From Catajapyx aquilonaris (lineage: Eukaryota), in NCBI GenBank assembly GCA_000934665.2, contig KZ538602.1, positions 1 through 59,867 of the forward strand: a DNA stretch of 59,867 nucleotides, read 5' to 3'. Made by a program: the position numbers and the translations under genes. Shown one piece after another: positions 13,461 to 26,700 of this stretch; the first letter of the stretch is position 1, and the number at the start of each line of letters is the position of its first letter. The notes below the pieces were generated by a model. The model did no database searches. It was not told the DNA's origin and worked only from the letters and a program-made list of their open reading frames with translations.

Positions 13461-13789
13461 CTATTTTAGATGTAATTTGTTATAGTGGTTATTGCTAGTA
13501 TATACCTAGATGTTATTTGTTATAGCTGTTATTATTTGTTATCATTTGCCATGAGATATTTTGTCTGTTACAGCAGTTATCTGCTAGAGGTGTTATTAGC
13601 TGTCATTAGCTATTATAGACGTTACCTACCGGTATTCCAGAATTGCATAGAACTATAATAATTATACATAACTTAAATGTAGAAAATGCATATAAAATAT
13701 TGAAAGTTTAAAAATTACATTGAGTCTTAAATTATAAAATACACAAAAATCCAAATTTTGGTTCCCACAATCAAGAATGTACTTATTGT

Positions 13790-14190
13790 ATGTATGTAAT
13801 GTATATACATGTAATACATTTTAACGTACATGTAATGTATACATGTAATACATTTTAACGTACATGTAATGCACGTAATACATTTTAACGTACATGTAAT
13901 GCACGTAATACATTTTAACGTACATGCAATGTATACATGTATTACATTTTAACGTACATGTAATGTATGCATGTATTACATTTTAACGTACATGTTATGT
14001 ATACATGTATTACATTTTAACGTACATGTTATGTATACATGTATTACATTTTAACGTACATGTAATATATGTCATACATTTTAACGTACATGTAATATAT
14101 GTCATACATTTTAACGTACATGTAATATATGTCATACATTTTAACGTACATGTAATATATGTCATACATTTTAACGTACATGTATGTAAT
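13790..14190. repeat. Minisatellite, ~30 bp unit
   Basis: TACATTTTAACGTACATGTAATATATGTCA, about 13 copies. Confidence 0.95.
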
Positions 14191-14749
14191 TAATTGACAC
14201 AATGATTACAGTAAAGTGTCTGCTACCAAGTGGGGATTAACATAGTGGAGATTCGTCGATGTGGTTCCGGGTTTTGCAGTAGTGATGTGGTTGAGACTGT
14301 ACACTTTGTAACTCGTGCAGTACTACATATAACACTATGCACATGACCCCGGAGCGGTGTAATTAATTTAACCAGTTCCGGGCAGTCCATCGTTGTAAAA
14401 CGCGCAAAATTATAGCGTGCGTCTGCGAAATTGGACGGGCGTAAACTTAATTTACGTACGCAACAAGTTTTTGCCCACAAACCACTGTTTCTCTGTTCAC
14501 TCAACAATAGGGCGCTGCAGGCCTCATGTTGCCTAGAAGTACATGTGCCAAAAAGGTTTTGTGTACACCTCGAATTATTTAGCAATCATGTTTATGTGCA
14601 GCAGGTGCAGCCTACATGCATAACTCTAGGTTCAAGCTCTTTAAACTGACGGTAGTTTTTAGTGGAACATTTATTTGCACAATTTTCAACAATGTCGGAC
14701 AATCCTTGTAAATTGTCGCTCAAATTAAAGCTTAAAAATATTTCTGACG

Positions 14750-15250
14750 TTAATTTAACTGTCGGTTAATAAGTAACCGCCTCTAAGCCGCTAATAAACT
14801 ACACTTTTTTAACTAGCGGCGCTTACTGCTAACTAACCGACCACGTTAACCGCCGTTTAATGTAATCAGACCGTTAGTTTGTAGTAAGTTTAATGTAAAC
14901 AGTCGGTTAGTTTACTACAAGCTAACTGTATGACTAGGCTAACCTTCGTTTCGGATTTAACAGGCGGTTAGCACGAGTGTGAAGGGAAGAGACGTTACCA
15001 AGTTAACCGCCATTTAAGTAATCAGCTGGTTGATTTACTATACAAACTAACCGGACAACTAACCGTCGTTAATGTAAACAGTCGGTTAGTTTACTACAAA
15101 CTAACCGGATAACTAACTTCCGTTTAAAATTTAACAGTCGGTTAGTAGGGGACTGAAGGAGATAGATGCGGGTTAAAATCAGTCAAAATGTTTGAAAAAG
15201 GGCTGTAATTTAACCAGAGATTTAAAAACGTCTTAACCGGTGGTTAGTTA
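14750..15250. repeat. Degenerate GTTAACCG-rich repeat
   Basis: TAATGTAAACAGTCGGTTAGTTT at ~14891 and ~15070, plus many TAACCG/CGGTTA words in both orientations. Confidence 0.65.
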
Positions 15251-15498
15251 GTGCAACCACAATTCTGATTTTTTAAACCACCATTTTTCTGCCATTTTTT
15301 TTCACAAATCATATGAACTCTCTACACTTTTCATAAAGTCATATCCCCTAGAAATCAAACCGATAATTTTGGTCCAAATCCCTCGTAACATTACCAACTC
15401 TTGTTCGACCAATCCCAATCCTTTTTCCCTTCTGACCAATCCCAGAGGTTGTCCAAACCGCACTATTTTTCTCCATCGTCTCCATTTTTAGTCCGGAT

Positions 15499-15501
<3 letters not shown>

Positions 15502-15553
<52 letters not shown>
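15502..15553. repeat. (GA)n microsatellite
   Basis: About 26 GA units. Confidence 0.97.
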
Positions 15554-15557
<4 letters not shown>

Positions 15558-16922
15558 TCTCACTCCCATGAAAATTGTTCTCCCGGATTTTTACCCTCCA
15601 ATCCGGGGGAGCCCAGAAAGATAACCAGTGGTCATTAACCGGTGAGTTCTCGAGCATTGCAAATGAACCCTCCCNCCCCCCCCCAAATATCCGGGAGAAT
15701 CTCCCCCTAATTATTTTTCCATCTCCGGATGAAAAATATTCCTCCTACTTGAGTCATTTTTAGTGCACTATCTAATTAACTAAGCGAATTCTTGGGCTAA
15801 AATAGTGCTGACCCATATAGGTAGTAATATTGGAGGTAACAAATGGGCATGGTCTTTTATTTCAATTAAGCATTGAAGCTCATTAGGGGTACTGTGAAGG
15901 TGAAAAAATTATCTTAATCACGTAGATTTATCAACATGAGGTAGTGCACATTTTTATCAACAATCGCGTCTCGCTATGTCGCCATATATGTGAGAGGTAT
16001 GGTACTTTCATGGACAGTTTTGGGCCTGACATTTTCCACTATTAAATTTAGCAAGCAGTGCAAGCGCCCATTTTCTGCAGGAGAAAAAATTTAGGATGAC
16101 AAGCATCCCCTGAAAATTTAGCAGACAGGAACTGCATATGTATCTTTGCATTACAGTTTAGCATGAAACATTCAACAGCAGCAGTTTTCTTCCGCAATAT
16201 TTTTTTTTTGGTAAGATGGTCCTGTCCAGCCTACTTCCCCTAACATCATCTCCCAAACACACAAAGATCTGGGAAGCATCTTATTTTCCTCCTTCACATT
16301 TTTTCCTTTTTTCCTGGGCTGCTACTGAGACCACAAAAGAATGCAGATTTTCCCCTCTGCTTCATTCCCATTATTTTTTGGGAAGCTTAGAATTACAATT
16401 TCGCATACTGTTTTGGCAGGCAAATATTTTCTACCACTTTTTGCCACACACTATTTTTTTTTTGCGAACCATCTTTCTCTGTGGATGTTGGGTATAGCTA
16501 TGAGAGAGAGAAGAGTTACATTCACACACACACACAGACACACAAACCCAAAAAAAAGAAGGGACACACAGTAATAACCTTCGTGCCTGGAATGCAGCCA
16601 GTGAGTGCGATCGATTCCTCTTCGGCATTTGCACAGTGGATCTAATAACCATAGCTCCTTGTCTTGCCAGGACCACCACGCCGTAAATTTATGGGACAAA
16701 CCCCCCAATCACAAACACATGCGTTTTAAAAACATGTGGGATGAACAGGCTGGAAGAGGGAGGCAGGGAGAGGGGGAGGAGGGGGGGAATAATGGCCGGT
16801 TTGGAAATTATCCCAGGAGACTTCTCTCTCTCTCTCTAGCTCTCTCAGCCCCTCTGCTGAACAGAAATCCACACAGAAGAGTGTTGCAATGGCCCAGGTG
16901 GTGACGAATTGCCCGTGGAAAG

Positions 16923-17903
16923 GGACAAAAAACTAATATTCACAATTGATAAACGTGGCGTTGAAAATAACTTCCGGAAACTAATATTTAGAACAGCTGA
17001 AACAACAGTGAAAAATAACTACGTGAAGCTAATGCTAATATAGCTATATTAGCTAATATTAGCTGAAACAACAGCTGTTCTAAATATTAGCTGAAACGAA
17101 TTAGCTGAAAAATAGCTACATGAAGCTAATGGTTACATAATCATTATGTAAACCATTAGCTTCATGTGGTTATTTTTCAGCTAATTTGTTTCAGCTAATA
17201 TTTAGAACAGCTGTTGTTTCAACTAATATTTAGAACAGCTGTTGTTTCGGCTAATATTTAGAGCAGCTGTTGTTTCAGCTAATATTTATAACAGCTGTTG
17301 TTTCAGCTAATATTTATAACATCTGTTGTTTCAGCTAATATTGTTAACAGCTGAAACAACAGTGAAAAATAACTACATGAAGCTAATGGTTACATAATCC
17401 TTATGTAACCATTAGCTTCATGTGGTTATTTTTCAGCTAATTTGTTTCAGCTAATATTTAGAACAGCTGTTGTTTCAACTAATATTTAGAACAGCTGTTG
17501 TTTCAGCTAATATTTAGAGCAGCTGTTGTTTCAGCTAATATTTATAACAGCTGTTGTTTCAGCTAATATTGTTAACAGCTGAAACAACAGTGAAAAATAA
17601 CTACATGAAGCTAATGGTTACATAATCCTTATGTAACCATTAGCTTCATGTGGTTATTTTTCAGCTAATTTGTTTCAGCTAATATTTAGAACGGGCGAAA
17701 CAACAGTGAAAAATAACTACATGAAGCTTTTACTAGTTATTTTTCACTGTTGCTTCAGCTGTTCTAAATATTAGCTTCCGAAATTTATTTTCAACGCCAC
17801 GTTTAGCAGTTGTGAATATTAGCAGTTGTCCGTCGCCGCATAGCTTTATAATAATAATAATAATTATTATTATTATAAAGCTAAGAGGCGACGGACAACT
17901 GCT
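16923..17903. repeat. Nested inverted/tandem repeat array (foldback satellite)
   Basis: Outer inverted repeat 16933-17021 versus 17735-17822. Internal 28-bp CAGCTAATATTTAGAACAGCTGTTGTTT units. Hairpin GGTTACATAA-NNN-TTATGTAACC occurs three times. Terminal hairpin 17821-17903. Confidence 0.88.
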
Positions 17904-19619
17904 GAAAGCAGCAGTTAAAAATAACTACCGGAAGCTAATACTTACAATATATTACAAAGCTAAAGTTTATAATCTGCTAAACGTGGTTGTCAAAAATGCC
18001 AACATCTAACGTTTCTAGCCGCTTAAAATAGCAGTCGTAAAAGACTACCGGAAGCTGAAAGTTACAACAAGAGCTAATAGTTATAGCTGGATGAATTGGC
18101 CTTTTAAAAATAGCTGCCAGAAGCTATAACGTACCTGCAGAAAGTGGCTGTTGAAAAACACCTAATAGACCCTACTGATAACTGTCGGAAACTAATACGC
18201 GTCAGTGCTAAAACAGCTGTTGAAAACAACAGCCAGCATCTAATATTTAGAACGACTACATAGTACCAGAAGCTGTTAGTAACTGCCAAAAAGTGCAATT
18301 GAAAAATATCATGTAATATTTATAACGGCCACATAGTACCAGCATCTAATATTTACGGCTACTGGAAATAGCTGCTGATACTAACCTACAGGAGATAATT
18401 TTGATAACTGATTAAAGTGGCTATAAAAATGACTTCGGAGCTAATATTGATAACTGTGAAAATTGGTTCTTTCAAAATAGCTCATTTTAAATCGTTGAAA
18501 AGGAAAGTGGTTGATGAGGGTGGTTGGCAAGTGGGTTGTTGAGAGAGGATGATCAAGAGGAGGGGCAGGATCAGGAGGGATTGCGGAGAGGATGAAGGAC
18601 CCGGGATCAACTGCGAGGTGGAAGTGGATTGTTGTAAAGATCATGGGATCAAGTGTGATGATAGGAAGGATCAATATGAGGATCGTGTGATCACAGCGAT
18701 GTGGGGACTCGGAAAAGTCGCTTAAACGTGCCCCCTTCTTAGGTGTTGTTTATACGGATGGTTGCGTTAAACATAGGTATTATCCGCGACTTATACGACT
18801 TGTGTATATCGGTCCATGCAGAGTGAACAATTTATAACTTCTCTCTTCATCTTATTTGCCACAAGAAATGATACCCCCGTTGAAAAAACCCCCCCTTTAA
18901 AGCGATCTGACAAATTGCTCCGCTACACTTTGATCTCTGAATAAGACCGATGCAGCTTCTGGAAGAAGCTCTTGTGACAGCGAAAATTCTGCGAGTGGAC
19001 TAAACGGTTCCCTCTTTTTGGTCCCTTTCGATCCGGATCCGAGAACTCCGTATCACTTCTGGCAGGAATCGATTTATAACTTTCTTTTTTTTCAGCCTTT
19101 TCCCTCCAAAAAATGAGGATTTTTTTGGAAGAGAGCGAAAGGAGGTAAAAGCTATTAAGGATTGGTGGGATGAATCGCACCCAAACACGCCGCTTTTGCT
19201 TGCCATCCCATGGAAGGAAGAAGAGACGACGACGAGACGCGCTCTCTCTCTCTCTCTCTCCTTGCTTTGATTGCCAGAAGAGCTGGTTCCGATTTACTCG
19301 GAGCAAACCGAGATAAGCCTTCTCTCCTGATGTACTACAACCTCCCCCCCCCCACAGGCCCCTCCACTACCATCCAAGAAGGAATTTCATCCGGAGGCTC
19401 CCCCGGATTCGCTTGTCAACCCGGATGATAAACTCCAATCCACACGCACCTGTTTTCGAGCATTAGCAGGCACGACTGCGATAAGGCCCTGGCTCAATCA
19501 TCACAGGGTGTTACATGGCTCCAAAGGAACGATTCAGCAGCTACTTCCGGCCTGAATAGCAGTTTACAGCTGATTCAAGGTGATAAGCACAGCAGCTGAT
19601 GAACCACTGTGAAGCATAA

Positions 19620-19925
19620 CTGCTAGTTCATAGCTAATACAATAAATCTGCCAGTTCATGGCTATAATGCAATAAATCTGCCAGTTCATGGCTATAATAC
19701 AATAAATCTGCTAGTTTGTAGCCAATATAATCACTGCTAGTCCATAGCTAATACAATAAGATCTGCTAGTCCATAGCTAATACAATAAGATCTGCTAGTC
19801 CATAGCTAATACAATAAGATCTGCTAGTTCATAGCTAATACAATAAGATCTGCTAGTTTGTAGCCATTATTATCACTGCTAGTTTGTAGCCATTATAATC
19901 ACTGCTAGTTTGTAGCTATTATAAT
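19620..19925. repeat. Minisatellite, ~29 bp unit
   Basis: TGCTAGTCCATAGCTAATACAATAAGATC and variants. Confidence 0.88.
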
Positions 19926-19945
19926 GATGTGCAACTCACAGCTAC

Positions 19946-20195
19946 TTATCAGTGGGGCTTAACGTCGGGATATATCTGCCTCTAAGGCTCAACACCGACG
20001 ACAGGGGGTGGTCCTCCTGGAAATTTGGCCACTCTGGGGATCTTTAACGTGCACTCCCGCAATGTCACAAGCACACGGGACCGACACGGCTTTACTTTTC
20101 CTGCGAAGAAAGGCGCACTCTCACTTTTCTACCACCCGGAGAAAAGTCACCGACCTCGGCCGGGTTCGAACCCACAACTTTAGGTCTAGAGGAAA
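19946..20195 (-). mobile_element. 5'-truncated tRNA-derived SINE with Nin/Deu-like core (Ruka-like)
   Basis: Minus strand: B box GGTTCGAACCC, core GTGCACGTTAAAGATCCCCAG, 3' end GACGTTAAGCCCCA. Flanked by TCACAGCTAC at 19936-19945 and 20196-20205. Family resemblance is from memory, not a search. Confidence 0.8.
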
Positions 20196-20824
20196 TCACA
20201 GCTACCATGATAATAACTTCTAGTCAATGGCTATTATAAGCAGTGAAGCTAATGATATGTTGCGAAGCCTAGCAGTTAATTAGCTGTTGCGAAGCATAGC
20301 AGATACTGTAACAGCTATCTCAACATAACCAATACGGGGATGCGGGACCACCCTGTGTATCTGAATTAGGGGGCCAAGTTTTGGGAGGCTTGTTTTTGAG
20401 AAGTGCACTTATATACCGTAGAGCACCGAGAGTGGGTATATAGGAAGGAAGCCTGGGTGTTTGGTTGCTGCTGGGGGTCTTCTTCTTCAAACCCCCCTCG
20501 TTTTACTGGCCTGCGCCTTGGCCATGATAACGAGGGGCTGCTGGTAATGGGCTCGTAAAAATCTTCGGGGTTTATATATAAAAAGAGAGGGGGGAGGAAA
20601 AGAGGATCGGCCTCCCTTTTTTTAAAAAAAAAATAATCGGTTATTAGGTTCAGAGAGTACTTGGATATTTTGCCTGTCGATATTTCTTGAAGGCGTCGCT
20701 GAGGGAGCCATAAAGTCATGGAACAAGCTGGTACGTACCTTGTTGTAGTGATGGGCATCTTGTACTTCCCTCTGCGAGATATCCTGCAATGAAAGTCACA
20801 ATGAAATAGTTACATAAACATAAC

Positions 20825-21118
20825 TACCGAAGCAGTAGTGGTGTAGTGGTATGGTGGCCGACTGCTAATCGGGAGGTCCTGGGTTCGAATCCCGGAGGCC
20901 GGCGACCCTGACCATGGTTTTCTGTGGTTTCCCATGGTCCTTGCAGGATAATTCCGGGGTCGTTACCGTAATACGTATAGGCCACAGCCGCCTCCTTCCT
21001 ACCCTTTCCCTGCTTCATTCCGGTGATGAGAAAAATAGTAAAAATGGAAGAGTTCCAGACAAAAAATTGGGAGAAATCCCCCCCTAGGAAAGCCCGTAGG
21101 CTGATAATGGGGTATCAA

Positions 21119-21175
<57 letters not shown>
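20825..21175 (+). mobile_element. tRNA-derived SINE, family 1 copy 2
   Basis: TACCGAAGCAG start, A box TGGTGTAGTGG, B box GGTTCGAATCC, (ATT)n tail. TSD ATAAACATAAC(T) at 20814-20825 and 21176-21187. Confidence 0.92.
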
Positions 21176-21639
21176 ATAAACATAACTGTTATTAGAATAA
21201 CAGTAAGTATAGTAACTGATATCAAAATAACTCCTAGGAAACTAGGAAAACAACTGATAAACCCTTACAAATCTAATAGCGCATAGAAAATAACGGGTAT
21301 CATAATAACACTTAAAATAACTGATATTACCATAACAGTAAAGGTAGCTTATAATACTAACATCGTAAATGATAATAAATGGTATTAGTGCAATACCAAA
21401 ATCATGGATAGTATATAGTATAAGGCCAGGTAAAATCACTACTATTAAACTGCAGACTGCTGGGTTAAGAACGACTCACTTGACACGATATTAGTAAAGT
21501 GTGGCATAATATCTTGTGAAATACCGGTACTATAAATGCTATTAGCAATTAGAGCAATAAATAGCAAAAGACTAACTGCTATAACAGTAACCTTATTAAA
21601 ATAACTGCTATTGGAGTAACATTATTAAGATAACTGCTA

Positions 21640-21922
21640 TTACAGTAATATTACATACACTAACACTATTATTATTAGAGTAATATTATGTACACTAACT
21701 ATTATTAGAGTAATATTATGTATACTAACTATTATTAGAGTAATATTATGTACACTAACTATTATTAGAGTAATATTATGTACACTAACTATTATTAGAG
21801 TAATATTATGTACACTCACTATTATTAGAGTAATATTATGCACACTAACTATTATTAGAGTAATATTATGCACACTAACATTTACTATTGTTAGAGTAAT
21901 ATTATGTACACTAACTGCTATT
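21640..21922. repeat. Minisatellite, 30 bp unit
   Basis: ACTAACTATTATTAGAGTAATATTATGTAC, about 9 copies; source of the repetitive ORF 21640-21873. Confidence 0.95.
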
Positions 21923-23036
21923 ATAGAATAAGGTCAAGTGAAAAAAGGCTACCGTCTTCCATCTGCTATTGTGCTACTGAGCCATTCTTAACGTAGCAGT
22001 CAAGTATAGCCAAGTACAGAGGTGACTGAAGTCTTAGTTAACCTAAGAAGTTTTCTAAAGATATTAATTTGAAATTCCCATCTCCAAACACCCTGTATCT
22101 AACAATAAGTAAAGTCCCATCCCCTGGAGTCCTGACACACGCAATTCCCCCAACTCTCCGCATTTCCCCCCCAGACATAACAGTAGAAAACGGTTGAGCT
22201 CCTCACGTTTAGTTAAATGGACACTTATTTCGAGTCGCTTTAAAAGCACGTAGGCGTCGTAACAGGCTTTTCCAGCAACGCATGTAACTGGTAGGTGGCC
22301 CTAGATAGGACGTCACGGTCTGAATATGTACTGCAGCACTTTGCACTCGTTTTTTTTAAATAAAAGGCTTAGATCTGTGGGAGTAGATAGGTGTGGTAAA
22401 TGATGGGCTAGCGGACCAGAAGGTCTGGGGCATCGCCGGTTGACCACCGCATACAAAGGGACGAAATTCGCAATTAGGAAACCAGCCCTGTGCAATACCC
22501 CGCTATCTCTCATTAGCCCTTTAATATTCACTCCTCGGACGCGAGGGTTTGAATTATCAATTTCAATTACGCTTCATTATCGGAGTCCCCCCNCCCCCCA
22601 TCTTTATCTCCGGAGCGTTAAGAGGTCCGGAATGACCAATAGCTCTGTCACGGGAGGGATGCTAATGTCTCCTCTGGGATCGGAATCTCATTTGCAAACT
22701 ACATTCCCTCAAGCTTCAAGAGAGGTTTGTTCCGCGGGATCCAAAACCATAAGGACCTCGGCAGGAGGACAAACAAGAGGAAGAACATTATCTGCTCTGG
22801 TTGACTCCGGGATGGTACTTTGATGACCACCGACCCCACCGAGAGGGACCTGCCCAGTACACACACTTTGGTGCACTTTGCCAAGGACCCTGGCTTTTGT
22901 TGTAAGAACCGTGGAGGTCACCGCAATGGGGAAGTCAAGAGGAGGGGTGGTCCTAATCTGATGACAAAGAGACGTCGTTACTGAGCTGCGTAATTATGTC
23001 GAGTCGTACTGACAGAGCTCGTTATTGAAGAGCTTA

Positions 23037-23280
23037 CCAGCTATAATGCCAACCCTGCATATTGCGCGAAATGTGGTGCGCACTCGGTTAGCAATTCATA
23101 TGTAGCCGCCAGCACCATCCAGTGGCATTCATCGGAACCCCAAACTCAATATCTTAAATTGTGAGTGTTTATGCCCAAAAATGTGTGGCTTTCGAACATT
23201 TTCCACACTGTCTAAGTGTGGCAAGTTCCAGCAACTCTGGAAATGGTATCCCGATCAAACAAACTTTCCCTTTTATATAA
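23037..23280 (-). mobile_element. Possible non-autonomous Helitron-like element
   Basis: Minus strand begins TATATAAAAGGGAAAGTTTGTTTG and ends GCTGG|T (CTRR-type) after a weak hairpin. The 5' TC is not intact. Confidence 0.4.
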
Positions 23281-23286
23281 AAAAAA

Positions 23287-23703
23287 CTCGCTGCGTTCGG
23301 CAAGGGGACTTCGCCCCCTTCGTGTGCCTTCGGCGCTTGGCGGCTCGCACTTCCAGAACCTTCTCCAACAGCTTCTTTCGTTGTTCCTTTGTCTACACGC
23401 ATAACAGACCGTGCCAGTTGGCGGGGTGACCGGACATGTGGCTGAGGGGAATGAGTGGCTCAGGCAATGGTGGCGCTAGTCTGGTGGAGAATCCGCGCGG
23501 TTCGAAGAGCGGGGGAAAGTGAGAAGGTGCGAAGTCTTATTTTGGCCATAGCTAGAAATCGGCGTGGAAATTTGCAATTCTGAGGATTTTTCGCTTACTA
23601 ATTGTCCACTAAAGCTTTCCAACGAGCCATCTCCCGACCCACTACGACGTCGGGAAGTGCGATATCTTTGTTAACGGATATAGGCTTTTACTTGAATAGA
23701 AGA
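23287..23703 (-). mobile_element. Non-autonomous Helitron-like element
   Basis: Minus strand A|TCTTCTATTCAAGTAAAAG..., hairpin GGGGCGAAGTCCCC, end ACGCAGCGAG|T (compare ACGCAGCTAG|T at 37308). No TSD. Confidence 0.55.
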
Positions 23704-26700
23704 TTGGCTTAAGTCTGTGACTCAGTCCGGGGTGAGTCATCAGTACCACTACTAGCACGACCCTGAGAGAGGCATATGCGCCATTTATGTGAGGCATCCA
23801 GTACTACATGAACAAATTTGCCTTGTTATCAAGACACCTTATGTATTATTCACTCCAGTGTTATGTTAATTTCTGAAACTCAACTCGGTCCCACTTACTC
23901 CAACACATCCTAGAACCAACATCGTCTCTCAAAAAGCCCTGAAAAAAAGAAGAGTGTTTCCTCCACTTATTCCCATGGCCATCTTGTGGATGAGTCCTTC
24001 CATCCCCCCCTCATAGTTGATTGCCCATTCCCAAAAGAGTGGGACCAAAATTGGGTTAGCCTGATGCAAAAGCTACAACACGAAGCTCTTGACCGCTATC
24101 TCTCTTTATATAGATATACTCTTTTTTTTTATTTAGCTGGAGCGAGAAAATGGCGGAAGCTGGTAGAAACAACATGCACATGTTTTTAATGCACTCAGCT
24201 GCACAGGGCTTCGAATCATATTTACCTTAATAATGGGAAAGGGAACTACGGGATGGGACTGGGGGAAAAAAATGGCGGATTGTTCAGAAATTCATTTTCA
24301 GAATTTTTTTGTTGATTTTTTTTTGTGGAATCTACTGTAGAGGTGTTGGAAACAGTTGTTCATTTCCACGCCTGCCAATGTATCAAGCCCTCCCTATAGA
24401 ACTCTTCCCCCAGCCAGAAAGCAGTTGCGATAACCAATCAGGTTAGATTTATGGCGCTAGGAAATTCAAGCTTCGCAGTTTACAAATCAGGTGAGACACA
24501 AAATATCGCTTTTCTAAAAACCGGATATATATCCTGCCAGGACCATGCCCGCAAACAGGTTTTTTTTTGGGGGGTGTGTGGGTGTGTACGAGTGAGTTCA
24601 CACACACTTGAACCAATTTTCCAGGTTTTTGAATCTGGTTCTGATTGAACTGGATCGAAACTGTATGTATCACACGAAAGTTATTAATAACAGAGAGTTA
24701 AACAGACGGGTAGCTAATCGTATCAAAAAAACCCAAACTTTGGGTACACACGGACTGTGCGAAAATTCCCACTAAAATTTTGCAAAAAATATTTCAATTT
24801 TTTTTTTTGGCAGAATGTTAGTGAGAAATGTCATTTTATGAACTGTAGGCTACCCTATAGTACGCAATGTTTGCTTCTTGGTGCCCCTTCTTGTATTACA
24901 ATTACCATAATCTGCCAACCGTTTCCGTGGACGCCCATGTTTCGATCCGAATCGATCAAAAAAATTTGATCCAGTTTTCAATATCCTGCATGTGTAAACT
25001 ACCTCCTATACTGCTTCTCCATTTTGCGCAATTGCTGCGACAGTGTCAACCTGCGGATAAGAGAGAGAAAAGGGGGGGTGGATGGTATAGTGAGGGACTA
25101 ACAATCACACCCCCTCCCAGTATATAGCACTGCCAGCACTTCCACTCTCCAGCGAAATAATTATTCAAGAAAGAATAATGGTGGCAGCTATCCTCTAATT
25201 CCCTCCCAGGGCTCCTCCCATCTCGCTCGGCCAAGAGTGTGTTCCAGCTAGGCCTATGCATCAATTCAACTCTACTAAAAAATAGAAAAAGAGACTATAG
25301 AGGGGGTATAGGGGAGGAGGCAAATCCTGGACAAAGGCCAGGTTTCATTTAAAACCCCCAGCAAGCCCCCAATAATTACTCCCGGTCCAGAGCTCGTGTC
25401 ACAAAAATATGCTTCAACAATCAAAATAGGATAAGGATGCCCCACCAGTGTTTGACCTTCTGGTCCAGTTTCTGGAACAATGGTCCAGAGAGGGGGGGGG
25501 GGGGGGNGGGGTGGAAAAAGCGAATGAAACCATAACTATATTTCACGAGCTATTAAATCCCTGAGCGGAGGATTTCCAATCGTCGAACACCAATCAATGG
25601 ATTTTTTTTTTTCGCACCATGGTGGAACAATGCTCATTTCCCGTTACCCTCCATGTCTGTTTTTAGAGAGTGTGGGGGTGGAGAGGGGAAGGGGGAGGCT
25701 ATTTGGAGATCCGAGTATTTAACTCGATTTGAGCATGTAGTGCAAATGTTTGCAGTTCAATTCGGATCTGTCACTATAGAGCTGTGGGAGCCAAATAGTG
25801 AGGGGGTTGTGTACAGCAACAACGGGTTCGAAACGAGTCTGAAATGTGTAGCAAGCAGTCTGGAGGTGATGGAAGTGTCGTAGGCTGTGTCTGCCGCATG
25901 GCGCTCTATTTTGATCGCTTCTATAAAAAAAATATAGTCTGGATAGCGAAAGTGTGGAGATCAAATGACACCCCTAAATATTCTGATTCCCAAGCGTTCG
26001 ATCTTTAAAAAATGTTATTAATTTTTAAATTATATTAATTGTTGATTATATCAGGGCAAAGTTGTACTACGTGCACGTTGGTGATGAGTCCTTGCGCGGA
26101 CAAAGTCCACCAGGGCGCTACACTACTGTCCCCCAATATTGTTGAACGGGGAAAGTGAAACCTATGGTAACTATATGATTATGTTATTAATTTGATTACT
26201 TAATACGTATAGCTTGTTAATGAATAATATGCATGAAATTAACCCAGTCTGTCAACTTCACACTCCGGCTGAAACCCTGCCTGAGTTGCCTTTGCCTCTC
26301 GCCATCTCTTTCTCCGAAGGCTACGTGCACTATACCTAAACGAATCCATGACCAGTGGTAAGTATATCATGGTGGTGTGATTATCCATTACCCTCCCCTC
26401 CCTCCCCCTCCCCTTGCCTTTTAAACAAGGTGACTAGAGTAGAGTATGTTTGGTCCCCCTCCCCATTTCGGGCAGATGAGCTTCCGCCAAGTTTACCGTC
26501 GCATAATCGTCCACCTAAGCGTAATAGTCCCCCCTACACCGTTTCCCTGGACACAAAGACAGTCAAATGAGCCCCCTCCACCTCCCACCAACTCTCTCTC
26601 TCTAGCTCTGGTGAAGGGAACGGTAGGGGGTGGAGGAGATGGGGAGACTCAATTTTCTGGCTTTCTGGCCACAAATGACGCATGATAACTGCCCCGTGAA

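Noticed and set aside
14005..14193. Repeat proteins (also 21640-21873 and 49357-49579)
   Set aside because: Translations of 29-30 bp AT-rich minisatellites.
20825..20905. tRNA-Ser(GCT) gene
   Set aside because: No acceptor stem or long variable arm; continues into a SINE body with tail and TSD, and has a second dispersed copy.
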